Assembly: GCA_040954595.2 (NCBI GenBank)
Contig: CM082597.2
Span: 8,080,343-8,144,342 of the forward strand
Direction of reading: 5' to 3'
DNA: 64,000 nt
Source of the DNA: Balanoglossus misakiensis
Taxonomy: Eukaryota > Animalia > Hemichordata
Below are positions 12,159 through 22,800 of the stretch, one piece after another. Both the position numbers and the translations under genes were made by a program. The notes below the pieces were generated by a model. That model ran no database searches and was not told where the DNA came from. It was given only the letters and a program-made list of their open reading frames with translations. The stretch's first letter is position 1. Each line of letters opens with the position of its first letter.

Positions 12159-12656
12159 CTATAGCACAAAAAGATTCGTTTGGAATCAATTATTCTTTGG
12201 AAATAATTACCAAGAGCTTTATAATTTTGATTAAAACCCTACCACTACTGGGCGTCATACCCGTTTAGAGTGTCAGGGGCCCTTAAAATATATATGTGCC
12301 CTTTTTCTTCTTAAAGGTATTTTGACTGTCTTGGCATGGCTCTCTAATGTACTTAAACACACTTGGCAGTCTGAGCCCCCTGTAGAATGTACCAAATCGC
12401 ACTGGTTTGCACTGTATTGGTCTGAGGGTCTTGTATAGGCCCTACTGAGTAACACACACTTGGCAGTCTAACAGGTCTGGATGCCAAGATTCTAGGCACC
12501 CTGGAAATCAAACCAGATTCAACCGACTTGGTAGCGTTAGTGTTTAGGTGGAAAGTTGCCCCAAATTGCAACCATCATTATCTTCATACGACCAATCCTC
12601 TGAAATCAATAGGGCTGTATATCACGGAGAAGTATCTGATGGCTTCAATTACTAAC

Positions 12657-12744
12657 CTTTACAATGTGGACAGCATTCACCCACAATTTGTTCTGTATAT
12701 TGGCATGGCAATACAGGGAACTGAGTACATGTGATAACATTATT
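12657..12744 (-). CDS. VWC exon NNVITCTQFPVLPCQYTEQIVGECCPHCK (phase 0-1)
   Basis: ttcag/gttagt boundaries; 5' part deleted in copy B. Confidence 0.82.
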
Positions 12745-13324
12745 CTGAAATACAACATGACAATTATGGAGAACAAATGAAGTCATTGTGAATAACAATG
12801 CATAATGGGATGCAGGTCTAATGTGTCTAAATAATTGATCCAGAAATCAATAAAAGACAATTTCACAGTTTTATATGTATAACTTCATGAATAATATTTT
12901 AAAGCACATTATATTTTTCAATACTATACATAATAAAACCTTTATAGCTAAGAGGCATTGTGGAACCTTTGGTAACACAGCAGAAAGGCGCTCATACAAG
13001 GGTAAGACTCTTCTCCTATATAACCTTTGGTCTCAAGTCAGTTCAGATCAACTACACAATATGTGAGCATATGATATACTGTAAAACACTTTATTTTCGG
13101 AGTTGAAATCTTCGAGATATCGAGAAAGGCCACTGTTTTCAGAGTTTTAATTTTTATGTTCTCTTATTTCATTCACTGCATCGTTATCTTCAAAAATAAT
13201 TTACGCGACTTTTTACTTTCACGCTATTTTGGCTCTCGCATATTTCGCAAAAATTTATTGCTCGTGAAAATAATGTGTTTTACAGTATACACAATGTGTA
13301 TGAGTAACATCAATTGCTCCTTAC

Positions 13325-13406
13325 CTGATATGTACAATTATACACTCATCAAGAATCCATGTATCACCAGATGAATATGTAAAATCATGTGGTTGAAAAT
13401 AACACC
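13325..13406 (-). CDS. VWC exon GCYFQPHDFTYSSGDTWILDEC(TNCTCQ); frameshifted in A and C, intact in B (~34541-34623)
   Basis: B reads gag tgt act aat tgt aca tgt cag|gtaag; A and C read gagtgtataattgt (1 nt shorter). Confidence 0.85.
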
Positions 13407-13732
13407 CTGTAACAAACCAATTCAAACTTTCATTATAGTCCAGTAATCTTTATGATGACTTTGAGTATAGTCCTATTGTAAGGTTATTTCATTGTCATTG
13501 TAGAAGTGACTGTATCAACTGAGCAATATGCTTCAGTATTTGTCCTCGACGTTGCGTATCTCAGACAATACCTCCACCGTATGATGTACTCGGACATACA
13601 TCCTGGTACTTTATGAATAACTTTATATTATGAAGGACCATTTATTTCATTTGAATCAAACAGAATCTAAACATAGCCATACAATATTAAGCATACCGGT
13701 ACATGTACATAAACGCCAAATGACATCAATAC

Positions 13733-13867
13733 CTTCTATTGGTTGACATGTTATTCCATCTGTCCTCAACACGAATCCATCCAGACATCGACACATAAAT
13801 GAACCTCTTGAATTAATGCATTCTTGCTCACACACCTGTAAACCTTCTATAACACATTCATTGATGT
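13733..13867 (-). CDS. Calcium-binding EGF exon DINECVIEGLQVCEQECINSRGSFMCRCLDGFVLRTDGITCQPIE (phase 1-1)
   Basis: DINEC...CxNxxGSFxCxC consensus; lies within ORF 13656..13985. Confidence 0.93.
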
Positions 13868-14404
13868 CTGAAATACAACACAAATCAAAGTTACTTGCAT
13901 GAAGCCAGAAGATACAAATTATACTTTTGAAGCAGTTTCGTTTCCCTGTTTCTTTCAAGACTTTTGAAACAAGCCTTTGTAACAAGATTTTGTAGACTAT
14001 GCAGTCGTTTTAAAGGTATACAGTCACCTCCAATTTACATAGGCCCATACAATCATTTCATTCAATGCTTCAAGATAACAAAAAATACAAAATGTTGACA
14101 TCATGAACATTCATAACAATCCCGTGGTCACTGTGTTTGTTGGTGCAACCTCGGCTACTTGTACTTCATTTAAAATAACATATGACACACTAATAGGGTG
14201 CACTATGCACACAACAGGCACAACTGTACTGTGCAGAGAGTCTAAGATGTTTGATGTAAATGACACATCAGCTGGTAACCATGATTAATCGTTGATCAAA
14301 AGTTCCTCACTGATTTGCTAGAAGGACAGAAACTTTGCAAAGGACTTATCAAATCTGCTGGGAAGTTGACATCACAAGTCGCCAACAACAAAAACAAAAC
14401 TTAC

Positions 14405-14488
14405 CCTCATCACACAAATCACCCGTGTAACCAGCAAAGCATTCACATTCTCCACCATTGCAGATACCATTTTCACATAAACACACAC
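14405..14488 (-). CDS. EGF exon VCLCENGICNGGECECFAGYTGDLCDE (phase 1-1)
   Basis: ctcag/gtaag boundaries; CxCxxGYTGxxC motif. Confidence 0.88.
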
Positions 14489-14861
14489 CTGAGAAGGACA
14501 ATAAACACATAAACAAAGTAAAACAAACAACAGAATGCGATGATCATGGTGATATACAATCCAGTTGGTGTCATTTTTTTTCTATCGATAACCAAAGGCC
14601 TTACCCCTTGAAACTGATTTTTCAAAGATCTTCATAAATGCTCGCATGTCATGCGACCATTGTACACTGTATACGATCAGATTCCCCTACATCTAAAAAT
14701 ATACACTTTTTAGAGTTTTTGTATAGTTGTTCTACATCCTTTTAGAGTTACATGTGCCAAGATAATTTGCATAAATCCTCAGGTACTTTGCATATTCTAA
14801 CTCTATGAACACATTTCCTGCTACATTGACTTTCTCACTTTGCATAAAGTGTGATATCTAC

Positions 14862-14957
14862 ATTTGGAGCAGTCATCTCCACTAAAGCCCTCCTGACAGT
14901 TGCAGTGTCCTTGGAAACATATTCCATCATTCTTGCAGTCTGGGATGCAAGGAATCT
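14862..14957 (-). CDS. EGF exon IPCIPDCKNDGICFQGHCNCQEGFSGDDCSK (phase 1-1); first visible exon of each copy (also 36088..36183, 55822..55917)
   Basis: ttttacag acceptor; CxNxGxC...CxCxxGFSGxxC motif. Confidence 0.9.
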
Positions 14958-15417
14958 CTGTAAAAACAATCAAAACACATTCAAAAGATGTCTGATGAAA
15001 TCATACTTTATCAGGTAATACTTAATTCTCCACATACAAATATCACAGAATCAGAATATTTGATATTTTGATACACAATATCATTATTCTATAGCACCAT
15101 TTACTGTAAAATAACCAGTTAACAAAATGCATCATGGGCAAAATGTTGACTTAACATTGTCATTAGCATTAGAGTTTTGAACAGCGATCCATCATGTGTT
15201 TCAAGTGACATTTCAATGGTCAAAGCTTTGTTGTTGCAATATGCATACACAACTTATGAAAGTTTTCACCTTTTTGATGGCAAGACCAAAACATTCAAAG
15301 TCCCAGTTGCTCTAACTTTTAGCTATTTTTTTCACAGTATTTACAACTTGCATCATAGGGAGTTTGTTATGATGCCCTACCCACTGTTTCACACAATACC
15401 TGTGTATCTGTGTCATA

Positions 15418-15621
15418 CTGTAAAACACTTTATTTTCGCGAGTCAAAATTTTCACGATATCGAGAGAGGCCACTGTTTCACGAGTATTAATTTTCGTGTT
15501 TCATTTCATTCACTGCATTGTTATCTTCAAAACAATTTACGCGACTTTTTATTTTCACGCTATTTTGGCTCTCGCGTATTTCGCGTAATTTTATTGCTCG
15601 CGAAAATAAAGTGTTTTACAG
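15418..15621. mobile_element. MITE family A copy lying between adjacent gene copies (also ~36788, ~56451)
   Basis: Full-length with both TIRs. Confidence 0.9.
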
Positions 15622-15732
15622 TAGTTAAGAAGTATACAATGTATGCAAATTTAGCCACAGTTACCATGGAAAGTTGAGACATGGCCAATCAGAGATTTTG
15701 CCTACACACTTTTTACCACTTAAGGGTATATT

Positions 15733-15864
15733 TCACACCACTTCTGTACCTTGCATTGTTGACGAATTATTGTTTTCAAACTTCATTACAACAATGTGCT
15801 CTCCGCCATGAATGTGCACCTTTAACCCTTTCACCACATGGTTTGATCCAAAGCCACTGTTTCC
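15733..15864 (-). CDS. Probable terminal exon GNSGFGSNHVVKGLKVHIHGGEHIVVMKFENNNSSTMQGTEVV-stop
   Basis: The phase-1 acceptor (tcatag, tcacag in C) matches the C8 donor. The intron is ~90 nt once the Academ-like insertion is removed. Open in all three copies. No recognisable domain. Confidence 0.55.
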   Translation of the reverse strand, partial: GNSGFGSNHVVKGLKVHIHGGEHIVVMKFENNNSSTMQGTEVV

Positions 15865-15928
15865 TATGACAAAGATGGACCTCAATACAGGGATACAGGG
15901 GTGAGAGGGTTTAAACATCTGGCAAATA

Positions 15929-16583
15929 TAGTCTAGTAAATATAGGGCTAGACCCACCACAAATTGCAACATAATTTTTTTCTTCAGAATATACTTTGGA
16001 GAGGTGTCTAGAACAACATATTAAAAATGCACCCGAATCCACCTTGTGTAAATATGTCTAATTTGCATAAATTTAATATTAGAGATGTTGGGGCCAAATA
16101 TCTAGAAATAAACGCTTTTTTCCATGATTTTAAAGTTTAAAAACTATTTCATGTTCATGACAAAACATTTAGGAATACTGTCTGCCATATGTCATAGAGG
16201 TAGTTTTGAATAAAAAAAAACACTAGAATTGCTTGCGTATTACCCGATATACTGCCCAAATATGTTTTTTTAGGATTACTGTTCACCATATTGGATTTAT
16301 GCAAATTATGAAAACTGCCCATGTCAAATATTATTCCAAAATGGTTCTTCATGCACATGAAATATTTTTAAACTTTAAAATCATGGAAAAATCACGATTT
16401 ATTTCTTGATATTTGCCCCAAAAATTATTAAATTTATGCAAATAAGACATATTGCCACAAGGTGGATTCGGGTGCATTTTTGATATGTTGTTCTAGACAC
16501 CTCTCCGAAATATATTCTGAAAAAAAATTCTGTTGCAATTTGTGGTGGGTTAGGTGCCCAAATCTCGTAGATTTACTAGACTA
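15929..16583. mobile_element. Academ-like long-TIR element, 655-bp deletion derivative
   Basis: Termini TAGTCTAGTAAAT...ATTTACTAGACTA, TSD ATA, near-palindromic arms. Confidence 0.82.
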
Positions 16584-16614
16584 ATAGGTGATCGTAATAT
16601 TGATTTGTACTCAC

Positions 16615-16792
16615 CACAGGACAATTTTCTCCAGTCCAGCACAATCCCCTTCCTCCTGGCTTCATAGGCATAGGCAAACAATACATCACATAGACACTTT
16701 TCATGCACAGGACATGCACACATATCAGACAAACACAATTCATAGAACGGAGCTGGGTTTACTACACCATGGGCTGGCCGAAATAATGGTCC
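16615..16792 (-). CDS. C8 domain exon GPLFRPAHGVVNPAPFYELCLSDMCACPVHEKCLCDVLFAYAYEARRKGIVLDWRKLSC (phase 0-1)
   Basis: Lies within ORF 16550..16819; FxxxHxxVxPxxFxxxCxxDxC...CxCxxxxAYAxx...GxxxxWR consensus. Confidence 0.92.
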
Positions 16793-17421
16793 CTGTGTAA
16801 AACCAAACAAAAATAACAACGGATCATTTACAATGAGAAACTGTTTAAAGGTATACGGTCACCTATGGAAAGTTAGCAATAGTTACCATGGTAAATTGAG
16901 AATTAGCCAATCACACATTTTCAGTGGGAGGCACACGCGAAAAAAAAGAGCGCCACCATATGTTCTCAAATATGCCATTTCGCGATATTGAGTGAGGCCA
17001 CTGTTTAGCGAGTATTAATTTTCGCGTTCTCTTATTTCATTCACTGCATTGTTATCTTCAAAAAAAAATATGCAACTTTTTATTTTCATGCTATTTTAGC
17101 TCTCGTGTATTTCGCAAAAATTTATTGCTCGCAAATATAAAGTGTTTTACAGTAGTATTACTAATACATATACACTGTTTTTACTCTAAAACGCTCAAAG
17201 TAGAAAAATAGGCATGAGGAAAAGAGAGACAGCAAGACAGATGTTTGAAGTTTCTTAATTTTCCAGAATTGTCCTGTTTCCTGCAGTGACTTTCCAAGGA
17301 ATTTCAGAGTTTGGATTGAAAATTGATAATACTATTACTAATGTTTCAGGAGTTAACACTGTACGAACCCTGGTGCGTATATTGAAGACAGACTCTCACA
17401 TTGTACAACCAAATGACTTAC

Positions 17422-17569
17422 ATGAAATCATCACCAGGATTATCATTGAAGTTGCCACACAGACCACAGAGTCTCCCTTTGTATGTACCATCTGCGGTGA
17501 CCTCTCCAAAATGGGAGCCATCCCACGACACGCGAATACCAATACTTGTATGCACAACCACCATCAACC
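17422..17569 (-). CDS. VWD exon 2 GLMVVVHTSIGIRVSWDGSHFGEVTADGTYKGRLCGLCGNFNDNPGDDF (phase 1-2); present only in copy B
   Basis: WDG and CGLCGNFN motifs; gacag/gtaagt boundaries. Confidence 0.93.
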
Positions 17570-17972
17570 CTGTCATGTTACGATGTAAAACAAGTATGTT
17601 GATATAAATCAGGTTATATGTCCATTAAAGCCCTTATAGCTGCCAAATTTCACATATTTTTTCGACACTAAAATACTTCAAATATGTTCCCTGAGCAGAG
17701 TTGGTGTAAGAATTAACACCTCTCCGCAACCCACTGTCTATGGGGCCGAGCCTCAGCGCCTATACATAAACTTTGTGTGTGTGGACCCAAGCGACTGAAA
17801 GGATTAATGCTCTGTGTTTACCATAGGCAAATAGTGTCTCAATTTTTTCCCTGTCTGAACCTGGTATATGTCAGCCCTTTGAATGTGGTTACATGTTTTA
17901 AGTTGGCTAAACAATGCAGACATATCTAGGTATAAAAAGGGTTAAGTTCGACCTAAGATTTGATTGACTTAC

Positions 17973-18269
17973 CTATTTTTTGTATACTTAGATCTGGTTC
18001 CTGCAAGTAAGGTAATTCTACAAGGCCTCCATTGACACTTACTGTCAAATCTGGCATTAGGTTGATCACCCAATCAACTAGTCTGATCTGAATGACTTGT
18101 GTCCAGGCAACAGCATAGGTACTCTTGCCATCATTCTGAACTATAATCTTAAAGTTATTCTGATAACAATATTGTGATAAGACATAGGTACATGTCCCTT
18201 GGAAGGAGAAGAATTTCCCATCATATGTCCGGTAATGAGGATCTCCAAATACAATACACGAGGCAGATT
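17973..18269 (-). CDS. VWD exon 1 SASCIVFGDPHYRTYDGKFFSFQGTCTYVL...PDLSIQKI (phase 1-1)
   Basis: CxxFGDPHYxTxDG...FQGxCxYVL motif typical of BMPER/KCP VWD; lies within ORF 17953..18420. Confidence 0.95.
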
Positions 18270-18300
18270 CTGTAAAAAGACGAAATGCAGAAAGACTTAA

Positions 18301-18467
18301 AGGCATACGCCCATACATGGCTGAAATGGCGTATTTGAGCGTTCTATAGAACACATGGTGGCACTCTTTTTTACGCGTGTGCCACCCACTGAAAATCTGT
18401 GATTGGTAGCTAGTCCTCAATTTGCCATGGTAACTATTGCTGATTTTCCATAGGTGACTGTATACCT
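18301..18467. mobile_element. Kolobok-like MITE family B; truncated inverted relative at ~16850-16981
   Basis: ttaa|AGGCATAC...GTATACCT|ttga ends. Confidence 0.65.
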
Positions 18468-18960
18468 TTGAGAGTGTCTACCGAAGAATGTTGCTATGAT
18501 CGCAGCATTGTAACAACAGACGTCAAATGTTACCAACAATTTGTAAACAAATGATATTCAAAGAATGCTTATTATGTACGTAACACATTCTGGACAGTTT
18601 TGAGGTCCCAGAATCACATTCTGTGTCTCTATTTGACTACTCTTTCTGATTGCTCACATTTGATGGTTGAAGGACTTCCAAAGGCAATCTGGCTGGCGTT
18701 GTTTCACATAACAATTTCTTATATCTCTTGAATTTTGTAAACAAGTCCAAATCCTTAGACTGTTGCTCCCCTTTGAAATCTAGTTTTATCGACTTTGGTA
18801 ACATTTCCTGGGTTTATGACACATTATGATCACATTATGTCTAAATATGGTATAGTATGCACCCAGACATAAGTGACACACGTCAGCCTCCACTATGTTT
18901 TCGTGTAAACTTGGCTGTCAGTTTTTAATAACCTCATAATATATTGATAATTAGACTCAC

Positions 18961-19012
18961 TTGGAACACATTTCTGGCAGCATTCACCATCAATATGGCC
19001 GATCTCTTCTTC
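18961..19012 (-). CDS. VWC mini-exon EEEIGHIDGECCQKCVP (phase 0-1)
   Basis: gag acceptor here (ccag in the other copies); gtgag donor. Confidence 0.83.
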
Positions 19013-19717
19013 CTCGAAATATAAACAACAAATGAATTATTACCACAGTAAATACAAATTGTATATCCACTGAGAAGACACACAATAAAACATCTATAGC
19101 ACAGTGTCTTCAAATTTTTAATACAGAGAAACCTGTCTATTAAAGACACCTTCAGGAACAGAAAGACTGTCCTTATTGCAGAGGTGTCCATAATGACAGA
19201 TTTCACTGTAATTGTATAGAAAAAAATTGAAATGGGTAAAATGTAAGTGAATGGAACATCCCTCTTCCATAATACTGAACCTTATAAACGAATGTGCCGC
19301 TATTTAGAATTAACATATAACAAATTTATCATTTCTGTTCAGAACAGTGATTGTGAATTGATCAATTTCTGATGGACACTTGAATGAAGTACATTTATTT
19401 CAGATGCTAAACAATTGAGAAAGTTGTTTGGTTTGTTTGGTTTGATTACTACAAAAGGGCTGTCTTGAAAATCCAAATAATGAGAACTAATACAAAAGGG
19501 CTTTCTTGGAAAAAAAACAAATGATGAGAATTCTTTAATATGTTTTATGGAGTTGACCAAGAAACCTCAGTTGATACCCAAATCAAAAATATTCAGAAAA
19601 CAGCACAAAGTTAGAGTTACTTGTCCTTTAAAACTATTGCTCTCAGGCCCATAAAGTAAAACAACGCAAAACTGAAGTCTGACCATACACTATTGAATTC
19701 ATGACTGATAAACTTAC

Positions 19718-19816
19718 CGCTGAGCAAGTCAAAGGTTGACAGACTTCTTGAACGCAGCTCTCTTTACCATTGAAGCAATCACAGATGTCGCACCCCACAT
19801 GCCAAGTTTCACCAGA
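19718..19816 (-). CDS. VWC exon SGETWHVGCDICDCFNGKESCVQEVCQPLTCSA (phase 0-0)
   Basis: ttcag/gtaag boundaries; continues the ...KGRRYQ exon at 20457..20594 in frame. Confidence 0.9.
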
Positions 19817-22800
19817 CTGAAAAGTGAAAGTTCAAATTTTGCTGGAAACCCGGTATGCAGATCGTGTGTGTATAATTGGTCTGTCATAATTAACCCTAAT
19901 GCTACTGGGTGTCATACCTGTTTAGAGTCTCAAGTCCCTTAAATAAAATACGTATTTGCCATTTTATCTTCTATAATGTATTTTGACTGTCTTGACATGG
20001 CTCTCATACATACCTAGACACACTTGGCAGTCTGAACCTCCCAGAAAATGAACCAAATTGCACTGGTTTGTACTGTATTGGTCTGAGGGTCTTGGATAGG
20101 CCCTACTGATTAACACGCACTTGGCAGTCTAACAGGCCTGGGAGCCAGGATTCTAGGCACCTTTCAACTGACTTGGCAGCATTAGTGTTAATTTACATTT
20201 CATTATACATTTGCTGTGCTACACTTATGACCATTCTCTTTACCTCTTTCGTATTTCCACTTGGTTTTTTTGCAGATTACTTGCATGATAATGCGTACCA
20301 AACAAATAAAAAAAGGTGTATTCCACTTGGTGCAAAGACTGGCATAAATTGCTGATGAGCTAACACCAATGGCACAGCTCGGCTTGCATTGTGAAGTCTC
20401 AGCAGAATCCATTTTTGCAGAAAATTTATCATATATCTTAGAAATTAAATTGTTACCTGATATCTCCTGCCTTTGTACATACAATAAGATTCCACAGTAC
20501 ATTTTGGACAGCAACTGCCATCTGGTAAAATCTGGTTTTCTAGATCACAGTTGATTTGTTCACAATTGGGTCTTTCACAGGTTACCTCTCCATCCTTAAC
20601 AGAAATTCAGAAAACATTGTATGACATAAAACAGGTTGACAGAGAGGATGAAATTTTTTCAATAATCTGTACAGTGAATATACAGGAAAAATAGCAACAT
20701 TATTCAACAAGTTATACTAGTTATGTGAAAATGTTGCATCAAACTTTGATAGGGAAAATGTGCCATTCAAAGTGTTTGTTTGCAGGTACTGAACCAATTT
20801 CAGAATTTTCAATAAATTTTCAGAATTTCTTTTAAATCTTAGGTTTTCTTCAACAGAAATATTAGTGTTTCCATCAACTTGATGTTTTCAAAAAGAGAAA
20901 GTATTATTTTTGAAATGTGGAATTACTGTAAAACATGTTATTTTCGTGAGCAATAAATTTTTCGCGAAATACGCGAGAACCAAAATAGCGTGAAAATAAA
21001 AAGTCGCATAATTTTTTTCCTAAGATAATGATGCAGTGAATGAAATAAGAGAACGCGAAAATTAATACTAGCGAAACAGTGGCCTCTCTCGATATCGCGA
21101 AAATTTCAACTCGCAAAAATAAAGTGTTTTACAGTAGTTTGGAACACGGTTATAATAATAAACTACACGCAACAAACATTAGAGGTTCACCAGAAGACGA
21201 AGTGTTAGATCAGAAACTTACCAGACATGTGCAAAGGCTGCAAGGATCAGCCAATGGAACAAACTGTTCACCAGTTTTGTAAATCTGATTCTCAAAGCTA
21301 CATTCCAAAGGACCTGTAAATGGAACATGACAACTGGTGGTATTATCTAGAGGAAGTGGAAAGTCACTGACTTCTGAAATGTTCTGAATACTAGTACTCT
21401 CTTAAAGGCAATAGATCGTCTCACGCGCATGTGTGTAACTTCCCAGCAAATTTTCCGTTCGATGCATTCAAATAGTGGACTGCCTTCGCTTCCTTCCATA
21501 TTTCATGCGCACCGTATAAGTAGATTCTGGTTTTGTCCCTCCTTTTTACCCAAGCTGGTGTTTTCTCACGATCTCCGACATAGATTATGGTCGCCGCCAT
21601 CTTGTCTGTTGTTAGGACAGAGCACTGCCTTATGGGATTGACTGTTCACTAAATGTCTGTAACCAGCGGCTACAGCTGGAACATGCGTGTACGTGTGAGA
21701 CGAGCTAGGTGCTTTAAAGGGCAGTGATCATCTTATGCGCATGTGCCAAACCAGAGACTCTGGTTACATAAATTGTATACAGTCATTGCCATAAGGCAGT
21801 GTGCTGTCCTGACAACAGACAAGATGGCGACAACCATAATCTGTGAGTGATTGGGAAAAAACAGCAAATTGGATGAAAAGAAGGGACAAAACTAAAGTCT
21901 GGGTGAACATGAAATATAGAAGGAAGCGAAGGCAGTCCACTATTTGAATGTATTTAATGCAAACTTTGCACAACACTTGGATTGGATGTAATGTTTGTAC
22001 AAATTAAATACACACATGTGCATAAGACGATCATTGGCCTTTTACAGTTGTCACTGTGAGCATTAAATTGTATCAAGGAATACATACGCTCAATTGTATT
22101 GAAACTTTTTGTGTTGTAAAAAGTTACCACAGACACGCATTGCATGATTGAACACCATATGTTGATGTACATAAAAAAACTTACTTGCACAGCGTGGACA
22201 GCATTCACCTGCATCACATAGGATTCTATCTTCATTACATTCTAACTCAGGACACAATTTGACATCACATGAAACATGACCATCCTGACAGAAAATACAC
22301 ACACAGACAATAAGACAACAACTCATATGGTTATCAATTGATCATACACTTGTTAAAATTCACACAAAAACATATTTATCAACATCAGTAAAAATTGAAC
22401 AATGAATGCTGGACCGTTTTAAAATTCACCACTTTTGATTGCGATTGACACTTTTTTAAATCAAAGTACTTTATTTTCTTTGCAACAGCTTTGTGGATGT
22501 CTAACTGCAGGGAGATCTAACTTCAACCCTTACGCCAACATGGTTGGTCCAAATCCATTGTTTTCTATGGTAAAGTTGGACTTCCAAACAGGGAAATGGG
22601 GATGAAAGGTTAATATAAGACTTGCATCTGGGTTATTCACTTACCATACATATACATGATGTACAAGGATTGAGTTTAAATTCTGTGCCATTATGATATA
22701 CAATGCCTGTTGTATTACTCTCACAAACTCTTTCCAAAGGCTCTCCTATATAGGATAAAGAAGACATTATACGACACACATATTCACAAGTGAGCATGAT

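Larger units (their letters stand above)
363..14957 (-). pseudogene. Copy A of EGF/VWC/VWD kielin/chordin-like gene (3' part off window)
   Basis: 18 Cys-rich exons from EGF (14957) to VWC (363). Lesions: 1-bp deletion in exon 13325-13406 and donor GT>GA at 10232-10233. Confidence 0.85.
1..20094. repeat. Tandem segmental duplication unit 1 (~20.1 kb, arbitrary register)
   Basis: The window start 'gatagg(c/t)..ctactgattaacacgcacttggcag' recurs at 20095, 41153 and 60970. The ORF track repeats accordingly (275..460 = 20369..20554 = 41426..41611 = 61245..61430). Confidence 0.98.

Noticed and set aside
15177-15677. 166-aa plus-strand ORF present at the same length in three units
   Set aside because: It starts at TTG, about 40% is MITE-A sequence and it has no domain signature. 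Conservation is explained by recent duplication.
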